Translations under genes and position numbers: made by a program
Part shown: positions 25,002 through 32,000 of the stretch, one piece after another
How positions within the stretch are numbered: the stretch's first letter is position 1
Layout of the letters: each line of letters opens with the position of its first letter
From: Ignicoccus pacificus DSM 13166
GTDB taxonomy: Archaea > Thermoproteota > Thermoprotei_A > Sulfolobales > Ignicoccaceae
Reading direction: 5' to 3'
DNA length: 32,000 bases
Assembly: GCA_025340205.1 (NCBI GenBank)
Contig: CP006868.1
Coordinates: 1,530,001 to 1,562,000 of the forward strand
The notes under the pieces: model-generated
What the model was told of the DNA's origin: nothing
The model's input: only the letters and a program-made list of their open reading frames with translations
The model's database searches: none

Positions 25002-25634
25002 GTGCATCCGGTAGCGCTTCTCGGATTTCTTGTGGGAATAATTGAGCTGATTATAGGATACATCGCAATTAAGAGGTATAGAGAGGTTGGTATCGATGGT
25101 CTGAAACTTTTTGCATTAGGTGTAATCTTGTTGGGAATAGGGCAGTTCTTATGTAAGTTCATTGGTCACGGAATACTAAGCCTTCCGGAATCATACGCTG
25201 TAGGTGTTCCCTTCAAATTCATTGGACTAGTGCTTGTAATATACTCATTGTTGGATATCGTAGGAACTAAATATGTCACCTCTGTAACAGTTCTAGGTAT
25301 AATATTAGGTATCGTCTTCATGATAACATCCTTCTATTCGCTGAGCGTCTTAGGGAAGCCCACCTTTATCTTATTCGGAATCCCTCACTTACTGTTCTTA
25401 ACTCTATTCCCTTGGATAGGTGCTTACGCGATTTACGAAATGTACAAGGATTCTAAAGACATAGGTGCGTTGACGTTTAGCTTGGGTTTGTTCATCTACG
25501 GTCTGGCTACAATCATAAACGTAGTGTTAACTACTGCCGTGGGCCTAGCCATGTTCTATTCGATGTCAATAGCCCTTAGTGTTAGGTTAATAGGTCTCAT
25601 AGTAATGCTTACAGGTTTCTTCATAGAAAGATAA
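25002..25634 (+). CDS. 7-TM integral membrane protein, function unknown
   Basis: GTG start. Seven hydrophobic segments of about 20-25 residues are separated by short polar loops. I recognised no catalytic motif. Confidence 0.55.
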   Translation: MHPVALLGFLVGIIELIIGYIAIKRYREVGIDGLKLFALGVILLGIGQFLCKFIGHGILSLPESYAVGVPFKFIGLVLVIYSLLDIVGTKYVTSVTVLGIILGIVFMITSFYSLSVLGKPTFILFGIPHLLFLTLFPWIGAYAIYEMYKDSKDIGALTFSLGLFIYGLATIINVVLTTAVGLAMFYSMSIALSVRLIGLIVMLTGFFIER

Positions 25635-25845
25635 TAGTTAATAAGTTTTTTGAAGACTATACCTTTGCCGATGAGCGCAGCCCGACCCATGCGATCGGTG
25701 AGCGCCTTACGCCAGCGTACGAGGCTTTTGGAAGGATGAGGAAAAGTCTCAGAGACGAGCGACATCGCTTCGTAAAAAGCCCCTCGTGCTAAGTTGTCCC
25801 GAAAAACGTTTTCTTAAAATGAGGAATCGAAGGAATGCGGTTACG

Positions 25846-25950
25846 TTACTGGAAGAGCTCACATTCCTCCTTTACTTTGGACTCCACGAACTTCCTTATA
25901 GCTAAGTAAGCTATCAACGGAGGTAGGACATAGCTTACCACGCTTGCCAT
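25846..25950 (-). CDS. speculative small leaderless ORF (34 aa, hydrophobic N-terminal half)
   Basis: The product is MASVVSYVLPPLIAYLAIRKFVESKVKEECELFQ. On the coding strand, aatatctta lies roughly 19-27 nt upstream of the ATG, which fits a leaderless archaeal transcript. There is no other support. Confidence 0.2.
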   Translation of the reverse strand: MASVVSYVLPPLIAYLAIRKFVESKVKEECELFQ

Positions 25951-26245
25951 ATTCGACCACCAAGTTAAGATATTGGTCCGTACGCGGCTTTTAGTTAAGC
26001 GGTTCGGTATCCCCCAGTTTGCTTACATTCGTTTAGTTTTTCGAATATATTTTGAATGAATGTTTAGATTTTATCGAGAAACTCAAAACAATGTTCGAAG
26101 AATGGGATACCAGAATATCTCGGAGCTTTCCTGGAGTTAGGTCCCCACAGCCTAACCTTGAGGCGGGGTGAAGTATGAGGCGCTTAGGAAAGGTATAGTT
26201 GATCAAGGAGTAGGGTAAGGGGGAAGGAGAGCGGAAATCGAGTGC

Positions 26246-26252
26246 TTATAAA
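26246..26252 (+). promoter_or_regulatory. TATA box of tRNA-Arg
   Basis: ttataaa lies 26-32 nt upstream of tRNA position 1 (26278), the canonical archaeal spacing. Confidence 0.6.
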
Positions 26253-26277
26253 GGTATGCGATGGACCGGACCGCGGA

Positions 26278-26356
26278 GGCCCCGTAGTCTAGCCTGGACT
26301 AGGACGCCGGCCTGCGGAGCCGGTGATCCCGGGTTCAAATCCCGGCGGGGCCGCCA
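26278..26356 (+). tRNA. tRNA-Arg (anticodon GCG), intron-less, with genomically encoded CCA
   Basis: A manual cloverleaf fits. The acceptor stem ggccccg/cggggcc has 7 perfect bp and the D stem is gtct/ggac. The anticodon stem is ccggc/gccgg with loop cuGCGga (G37). The variable loop is tgatc, and the T arm is ccggg-ttcaaat-cccgg. The discriminator is g, followed by cca at 26354-26356. Confidence 0.93.
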
Positions 26357-27483
26357 GGCTTCAAAACAGAACACGAAAAGGGGAACGAGAGACCGTAGTA
26401 CATCATCCAGTAGTCGAAATTCCAAGAAGGTGCGAGCATTCCCTCCGAACGCCCCACCAGCTATGCAGAGCAAGTCGATACATCGCTCTACAACTGAGGT
26501 TAGTACTTGAGAGCTGAGCTAAGGTCGAGCTATCCCGTTCGGTCCCCGAAGGTATTACGGAGAGGAACTCCCAAAGGTAGTTGATAAAAACAAGAACGCT
26601 ATCTATAGTTACATCAAAGAAGAAGTAATTCCAAGGGAGGAAGTTGTTACAATTGACTTAACGCCGTTCCCCACTAACATTACCCTCACTTCAGCTGAAA
26701 AGGGGGATCCTCAAAGCTTGTCCTACCTAAACGGAACGATCGATCGCAGCTCGCTTCCCTGTCAGCTATTCTAAAGTACTACTCTCAGAGATACCCTTCG
26801 AGAAGTCAATCTTCGAGCAGATTTCAAGAGTTCTTGACAACAACGAAGTGCTTGAACTATAATCCCAACTCACCTCAATAATACAGTACAAGAAGCTATT
26901 CGACGACATGAAAAAAGTATGTGTATGGAGGTAAGTACATGACGAGAACCGAGTTCCACATCTGGAGCTATTAATCCCTCACGAACGATGTATACGATGT
27001 ACCAGATGAACTTGAAACGAATGACAGCGAGGTACCAGTGACCATAAAGCTACCGCCGAACGTCGATATAAGAGAGGTAGACTGCGCGAGGGAACCAAGA
27101 AGAGAATCTATGAAGCCGTGAGGAAATACGGAAGGAAGAAGGGATATGAGCTAGAAAAGAAGAGCTTGAAGATGCTAAAGATGGATCAGTTCAAGAAGAA
27201 GGAATGGATAAGGACTTCGCATAGATGAATATTAGAGAAGGAGGTCATAAAGGTCAAGCTACTCCATACCTTCTAGAGACCTCACCAACTCCGCGTAAAA
27301 GCGCTTCAATTTCCTCCACTCGAAGCGCTCCGGAAGGTTTTGCTCTTCCTTCGTATCGCCAAGTGGACTCTGCGATGCTGCACAATAACGAGATAAGAGG
27401 GACTACTAACCGGAAAGCGAATGGTATTTCCGGTATAAGATTCCTATCAATGCATCAGATCTTTAAGGATTTACTACGTTGTA

Positions 27484-27642
27484 ATGGAGGGATTCTCTAT
27501 GGTAGTAGCTTGGAGGGAGGCTAGCAAGGTTGTGTATAAGGAATTTGAGCCTGTCTTCAAGGCTCTAGAGGCCTATGACAAGGGCCTAAGCTTGAAGGAA
27601 GCTAAGGAACTCTTAAAGAGGAAAACCCTCAAGACTTTTTGA
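27484..27642 (+). CDS. speculative small ORF (52 aa, helical, K/E-rich) convergent with the Doc gene
   Basis: ATG at 27484 and TGA at 27640-27642. The product is MEGFSMVVAWREASKVVYKEFEPVFKALEAYDKGLSLKEAKELLKRKTLKTF. It overlaps the 3-prime end of the Doc ORF by 30 nt. I recognised no motif. Confidence 0.2.
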   Translation: MEGFSMVVAWREASKVVYKEFEPVFKALEAYDKGLSLKEAKELLKRKTLKTF

Positions 27643-28086
27643 ATAACTCTTAACGGCTTTACCCAGCTCTATAAAGTACTTACTTACGTCATTCCAATCT
27701 CTAGGGTTAGAGGCCAACCTAACTGCTATCTCGAGAACCATCTCACCTATCAGTTCGTGGAACTCAAAGAGCAGGTTATTTACCTTTAGCATTGTTAGAT
27801 AGACCAGCGTAGCGAAGCGCTTATTCCCATCAGTTAGCGGATGTAACAGTATTATCTCGTAAAACATCTTCGCAGCTACCAACAACACCATTTCATCTTC
27901 GCCAATACCTTCACGTTGCAGCAGCGACGCTAGGAAGTGGGCAGATTCAACTACTTGCTCAAGCTTCTCTTCACTCATTAGCTCTACGGGATCCTCGGTA
28001 TGTTCCTTAATTATTTCTATACTTGTTTTCAGATCGTTAACTGTGGGAAGGTACACGTCTCTCACTCCTCCAAAATCCTTATGCAC
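27613..28086 (-). CDS. doc: Fic/Doc family protein, Doc (death-on-curing) toxin-like
   Basis: The active-site motif HPLTDGNKRFATLV matches the Doc variant of the Fic motif (H-x-F-x-D-x-N-K-R), with Lys in place of the Gly of AMPylating Fic proteins. The size of about 150 aa fits. The start overlaps the upstream wHTH gene. Confidence 0.75.
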   Translation of the reverse strand: MHKDFGGVRDVYLPTVNDLKTSIEIIKEHTEDPVELMSEEKLEQVVESAHFLASLLQREGIGEDEMVLLVAAKMFYEIILLHPLTDGNKRFATLVYLTMLKVNNLLFEFHELIGEMVLEIAVRLASNPRDWNDVSKYFIELGKAVKSYSKSLEGFPL

Positions 28087-28298
28087 TCCAATATCCTCAT
28101 GCCCTTTCCAGTGAGAACGTACAAGTTGCTCTTCGGTATCTTCATTATAAGCCCCTTATCCCTAAGCCTCTTGATAACTTTCCTGAGGTTGGCTTGTTGA
28201 CCTTCGGTATGGGCCCCTAGCTTAGCGTAGAGCTCCTTGGGCTTCAAAGGCCCTTCAGCTAGCGCCTTGATCACTTCCACCTCCTTTCTCGAGAGCAC
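28062..28298 (-). CDS. small winged-helix DNA-binding protein, candidate antitoxin/autorepressor of the Doc module
   Basis: 78 aa with a GTG start. EVIKALAEGPLKPKELYAKLG...LRKVIKRLRDKGLIMKIPKSNLYVLTGKG shows the helix-turn-helix plus wing pattern of MarR/ArsR/TrmB-like folds. Its stop overlaps the Doc ORF by 25 nt, an operon layout typical of toxin-antitoxin (TA) modules. Confidence 0.6.
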   Translation of the reverse strand: MLSRKEVEVIKALAEGPLKPKELYAKLGAHTEGQQANLRKVIKRLRDKGLIMKIPKSNLYVLTGKGMRILECIRILEE

Positions 28299-28427
28299 CT
28301 ATCTTCTCCGAGTTGGGATTATACTCGTCAAATTTAAGTTTCGAGTGTGTCGATGACCCTAATTCTATGAGACTTCCAGAGGTCTTCGCTAGTCAGAACG
28401 CTTAATAATCTCTAAATCGGAAAAGCG

Positions 28428-29180
28428 TTGGAGAGCTCGAGCTTGCGCGTACTCATCGTCTCTGACGTTCACTACGACGGGGTCATTTACAGAGGAGTAG
28501 ACACCAGCGAAGCTTGGAAGTGGCTGCTAAGGCTTGTGAGGACGATCAAACCTGATCTCTTGCTAGGATGTGGCGATTTAGGGCGTATTGTAAATGTCGC
28601 TGATCTGGAAAAAGTCGCAAGGAGAACCATGTTTCTAACGATCTACGGCAACCACGACCGAGTAGGTGCGCTGAAATCTGCGAGAAACATATTAGGAGAA
28701 TTAAAGGGGAAGAGAATCCTAATGGAAGATGGCAAAGTGTATGAGATTAAGGGCTTAACCGTAGCTGGGATTAACGGGGTAGTGGTAACGAAGACTGATC
28801 CATGGGCGCCGAGACCTAAGAGCAAGAGGGAGTTCATTGACTCTGCTAAGAGGATTCAAAAAGAGTCGAAGGGTAAACGACTTGACGTCTTGCTTCTTCA
28901 CGAAACGCCTTACTATCCAGAGCTAATTTCTGGTATAAGAGAGAACGTTGGAAGCCTAGCCGCTCGCGAGGTGATCGAGATGGTGCGACCACGCGTGGCT
29001 ATAGGAGGTCACGCCCATCTGGAGCCTCAGCTGGTAAAGAGGGAGGATACGGTGTTGATACACTTAGACTCAAGTCAATTGAGACGCTCCTACTTGACCC
29101 TCGAAATTATGAATAATGGAATTAAGATTACACTATACGAAGATGGGGAGATAATAGAGTCGACACAGCTGAAGCGCTAA
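28428..29180 (+). CDS. calcineurin-like metallophosphoesterase
   Basis: All signature motifs occur in order: VSDVHYD (DxH), GCGDLG (GD), YGNHD (GNHD), LLLHETP (H) and GGHAH (GHxH). TTG start. Confidence 0.8.
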   Translation: MESSSLRVLIVSDVHYDGVIYRGVDTSEAWKWLLRLVRTIKPDLLLGCGDLGRIVNVADLEKVARRTMFLTIYGNHDRVGALKSARNILGELKGKRILMEDGKVYEIKGLTVAGINGVVVTKTDPWAPRPKSKREFIDSAKRIQKESKGKRLDVLLLHETPYYPELISGIRENVGSLAAREVIEMVRPRVAIGGHAHLEPQLVKREDTVLIHLDSSQLRRSYLTLEIMNNGIKITLYEDGEIIESTQLKR

Positions 29181-29234
29181 TGAGGAGGGGATCGCCATTC
29201 GATGAACAACCAGCTTCGTGAGACGTTGGCTCAC

Positions 29235-29990
29235 TCAAAGGCTCCCTAGGACTACAACCTTTACCTTTCCTTTAACATTGATTATCTCCGCATCTACGCC
29301 ATACACTTCTCCTATAATGCCCTTGGTTATCACCTCTTGAGGACTTCCTAAGGCCCTTACCATACCCTTGTGAAGAACCATTATCTTGTCGGAAAACTCG
29401 GTGGCTATGTTGAGATCGTGATGAACAGCTATAGCAGCAATGCCCTTTCTCTTCACGTATTCCCTCACAAATTCCATAACCTCGAGCGTATTCTTGAGAT
29501 CCAAAGCAGACGTGGGCTCGTCTAGCAACAAGAGCTTAGGTTCCTTAGCCAAAGCTTGAGCTAAAGCCACCATCTGTCTCTGACCGGCGCTTAGTTCTTT
29601 TAACTCTCTCTTCGCAATTTTATCTATGCCTAATGACTCCAATATATTCATAGCCTTCTCTAAGTCCCTTTCAGAGGCCCTAATTCCCATTCTCCTCGCA
29701 GTTCTAGAGAGGGCGACGAACTCGAGGACGCTGAGGGATATCTTGGGCGGACCCTCGGAGGACATGAAGGATATCTCCCTCCTCGCCCGTTCTCTATTAA
29801 CGGGCTTACCTTCGAGAAGAACTTCGCCCTCTATCGGTCTTATCTTGTGGGCTATCGATTTCAATAGCGTGCTCTTCCCAGCAGCGTTAGGACCTACCAC
29901 GGACATGAGCTCCCCTCTCTTGAGCTCGAAGGTTATTCCATGGATCACGGGGAACTTGTAACCGGCCTTTAGGTTCTCTACCCTAAGCAC
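29235..29990 (-). CDS. ABC transporter ATP-binding protein (iron-siderophore/cobalamin FepC/BtuD type)
   Basis: Walker A is GPNAAGKST, the signature is LSAGQRQ, Walker B is LLLLDEPTS, and the H-loop is VHHD. The start overlaps the permease gene stop by 8 nt. Confidence 0.9.
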   Translation of the reverse strand: MLRVENLKAGYKFPVIHGITFELKRGELMSVVGPNAAGKSTLLKSIAHKIRPIEGEVLLEGKPVNRERARREISFMSSEGPPKISLSVLEFVALSRTARRMGIRASERDLEKAMNILESLGIDKIAKRELKELSAGQRQMVALAQALAKEPKLLLLDEPTSALDLKNTLEVMEFVREYVKRKGIAAIAVHHDLNIATEFSDKIMVLHKGMVRALGSPQEVITKGIIGEVYGVDAEIINVKGKVKVVVLGSL

Positions 29991-30966
29991 CTTCCCACCC
30001 CTTTATTAGCAAAGCCACGAAGAAGGGGACGCCGACGAAGGACGTAACTATGCCTATTGGAATTATTGCCCCCGGTATGATGTTCTTACTCGCCACGTCG
30101 GCCGCTAATAGGAGGGAGGCTCCGGTAGCCATAGATGTTACTAGCGCGAACCTCTGATCTTCCCCTACTAAGATCCTAGCCACGTGGGGGGCCACCAATC
30201 CCACGAAGGCTATTATCCCGAAGAAGCAGACGGTTACGGCCGTCACTAAGGTTAGTATTACGAACGAGATTATCCTTAGCATTCCCGGATCCGTGACCTC
30301 TTCCGCTACCTCCTCTCCCGCCCGTAGCGCAGAGAGCTTCCAAGAGAGGAGTAACGCTACTATGGAGGACGGGATTAATGTTAATGTCAACACGCTTAGC
30401 TTGAACCAAGTTGCCTTGTACAAGCTCCCAAACGTCCAGAAGACCACCGCTTGGAGAGCTTCCTCCGTGGCTACGAACTCCGCGAAAGCGAGTAAGGAAT
30501 GGAATAAGTAATTCATTGCAATTCCAGCCAATACCATAGCTTCTGGACTCAGACCCTTTACCTTACTCAACATGAAAACTGCCGAAGCTGTCAACGTCGC
30601 GAACAAGAACGCGTTGCTAGCTACCCCGAAGACGCTCCAGTTGAAGACATAAGCCAGGGCAGCGCCGAAGGCTGCTCCAGCGGAGATTCCTAAGGTGTAA
30701 GGACTTGCCAAAGGGTTGTTCAATATGGTTTGTGCTAAAGATCCAGCTAAGGCTAAGGAGGCCCCTGCTAGGATGGCAGCTAGGGCTACGGGAAGCCTTA
30801 TGTCGTAGAGGATTAGCTTTCCCGTTTCTCCCCTAAGGGCCCAACAAGGGGTACCTCCGGTGCACAAATCCAAGGCAACTAAGGGGATTAAGGAGAGGAG
30901 GGCAATTATGGTGAAAAACCTTCTCCTTCGAATTATCTTATTGTAGATCTCTCTAGCCCTCGGCAA
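29983..30966 (-). CDS. ABC transporter permease, FecCD/BtuC family
   Basis: It is polytopic and about 327 aa. NPLASPYTLGISAGAAFGAAL and the Gly/Ala-rich TM pattern are typical of FecCD permeases. It lies between the binding-protein and ATPase genes with overlapping stop and start codons. Confidence 0.88.
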   Translation of the reverse strand: MPRAREIYNKIIRRRRFFTIIALLSLIPLVALDLCTGGTPCWALRGETGKLILYDIRLPVALAAILAGASLALAGSLAQTILNNPLASPYTLGISAGAAFGAALAYVFNWSVFGVASNAFLFATLTASAVFMLSKVKGLSPEAMVLAGIAMNYLFHSLLAFAEFVATEEALQAVVFWTFGSLYKATWFKLSVLTLTLIPSSIVALLLSWKLSALRAGEEVAEEVTDPGMLRIISFVILTLVTAVTVCFFGIIAFVGLVAPHVARILVGEDQRFALVTSMATGASLLLAADVASKNIIPGAIIPIGIVTSFVGVPFFVALLIKGWEGA

Positions 30967-32000
30967 GACTGACCACCCAAACGCCCCTCAAGGGGTAGGG
31001 CATGAAGATCTCGTAGAATTTCTTGAGATCATTGATTGGATTCATGTTCTTAAACATCTCTGGATGAAGCCACTTGGCAAAGTACTCCAACGCTACGAAC
31101 TGGAAGATGTGACCGTGAGCTAGACCCAAGTGCATCATGTAAACCCTCTTGTCCCTTACCGCCTTCAGCTGATTCCAGCCAGGCCTCTGTATCAGCTTCT
31201 TCAGCATCTCGATTGCTGGCTTAGTGCTGTTCACGGTGTAGCCTATGACTACCTTTTGACCGAAGGGGAAGTTATTATTACACACGAAGACTATGACGTC
31301 GGGGTTCTGCTCTAACACGTACTCTGGGTTGATGTAGCCACTCGCTCCCTTGATTACCTTAGCTGCTATATTGTCACCCTTAGCTAAGTCAACCCAAATG
31401 CTAACGTGACCCTTGGCTCCGTAGACCTTCCAAGTGGACCAAGTCGTAAACACTATCACCTTAGGCTTCTGAGTTACGTTGTTCAACTTGTCTAGGATCG
31501 TAAAGAACCTACTCTCATAGAACTTGTAGAGCTCCTTAGCCCTCTTGAGGTGCCCGGTTAGTATTCCTATATCATACAAGCTCGTCTTTACTGCATCTAG
31601 GTGCTCCTTGACGTTAGGAGTCTTGGGGACGAAGTCTATTACCACCACCGGTATCTTAGCGGCCTTCAAGGTCTGCAGAGCACCGGATTCTACCATGTGA
31701 CGGAACATCCATGGAGTGGTTACCACGACGTCTGGCCTGGCCTCCAACAACGCTTCAAGATTGAAGCTCCATCCTGGCTGACCCACATCGGGTATCTCTT
31801 CAAGCCATGGATAGTGCTCGGTCCAAGCGACCCACCAGTCGGGCCTCCACTTCTTGTACCTCCAAGCGTTCAAGGCAACTATCTTGGTCAAGGCGTCCTC
31901 TCCACCTACGGCGACCCAATCCTCTAAACCATAGAGAACAGCAGCTCTCTTGACGGGGACTAGAACCCTGACCTCCCTTCCTAGCACGTCCTTTATGGTA
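30953..32000 (-). CDS. ABC transporter substrate-binding protein (class III periplasmic binding protein, Fe3+-siderophore/B12 type), 5-prime partial
   Basis: The reading frame stays open to the window end (..IKDVLGREVRVLVPVKRAAVL, the typical start of the mature domain). No signal or anchor sequence is visible, so the N-terminus lies beyond 32000. Confidence 0.8.
   Translation of the reverse strand, partial: TIKDVLGREVRVLVPVKRAAVLYGLEDWVAVGGEDALTKIVALNAWRYKKWRPDWWVAWTEHYPWLEEIPDVGQPGWSFNLEALLEARPDVVVTTPWMFRHMVESGALQTLKAAKIPVVVIDFVPKTPNVKEHLDAVKTSLYDIGILTGHLKRAKELYKFYESRFFTILDKLNNVTQKPKVIVFTTWSTWKVYGAKGHVSIWVDLAKGDNIAAKVIKGASGYINPEYVLEQNPDVIVFVCNNNFPFGQKVVIGYTVNSTKPAIEMLKKLIQRPGWNQLKAVRDKRVYMMHLGLAHGHIFQFVALEYFAKWLHPEMFKNMNPINDLKKFYEIFMPYPLRGVWVVSLAEG

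Noticed and set aside
26030-26140. Possible replication origin: an A/T-rich tract (26030-26100) next to ctttcctggag (26126-26136), whose complement ctccaggaaag resembles an ORB core
   Set aside because: There is a single partial match lacking the full dyad. The G-string is on the wrong side. There are no repeated ORB copies, and no orc1/cdc6 gene is adjacent, since the nearby ATPases are PF01637-like and not Orc1.
26246-26517. Three ORF-track entries (26246..26473 minus, 26256..26510 plus, 26323..26517 plus) with Arg/Pro/Gly-rich products
   Set aside because: They overlap the tRNA-Arg gene and its GC-rich flanks on both strands. The open frames are a by-product of tRNA GC content, not genes.
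27225-27524. 99-aa plus-strand ORF in the ORF-poor stretch
   Set aside because: No recognisable motif, a Ser/Thr/Arg/Gly-rich composition unlike neighbouring proteins, and no plausible promoter or SD. It is kept only as part of the gene-remnant discussion.
24630-28317. 10-nt inverted match cccaactcgg (24630-24639) with ccgagttggg (28308-28317) as possible terminal inverted repeats of a 3.7-kb element
   Set aside because: By rough expectation, a 10-mer match between two sites in a 32-kb window on either strand occurs by chance many hundreds of times. There is no extension of the match and no target-site duplication.

Overview
Best reading: a chromosome segment from a hyperthermophilic archaeon, probably a crenarchaeon (Desulfurococcales/Sulfolobales-like). 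Support comes from reverse gyrase, Alba, ribosomal protein L7Ae, an NFACT protein, a class III (type IV pilin-like) signal peptide, A/T-rich TATA-like boxes about 25-45 nt upstream of starts, frequent TTG/GTG starts, and very tight gene packing with many 1-40 nt overlaps. Positions 1-18.4 kb are mostly housekeeping: pyrB (5-prime partial)-pyrI-pyrK, a PFL-activase-like radical SAM enzyme, a GT4 glycosyltransferase, an HxlR regulator with a flavin reductase and an HdrD/GlpC-like Fe-S oxidoreductase, rpl7ae-queE, a glycosylated pilin-like protein, pyrD, a stand-alone RAM-domain protein, argG, reverse gyrase, albA, NFACT and an SQR-like flavoprotein. Positions 18.5-29.2 kb look accessory. They hold an XPB-like SF2 helicase with a long unassigned N-terminal region, a Cys-rich membrane protein, a YjjX-type NTPase, a divergent pair of archaeal AAA+ ATPases (PF01637-like) of identical length, and a 7-TM protein. 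They also hold about 2.6 kb with no credible protein gene around a tRNA-Arg(GCG), a wHTH/Doc toxin-antitoxin-like pair and a metallophosphoesterase. The window ends with an Fe/B12-type ABC importer operon whose binding-protein gene runs off the window. No CRISPR array, rRNA, transposase or integrase was seen. I cannot show that a new system is present. The strongest candidates are the divergent ATPase pair with its tandem-palindrome promoter element, the ORF-poor tRNA-centred stretch, the wHTH-Doc module and the helicase/membrane-protein pair. All family assignments rest on motifs read by eye. No database search, GC calculation or RNA folding was run.
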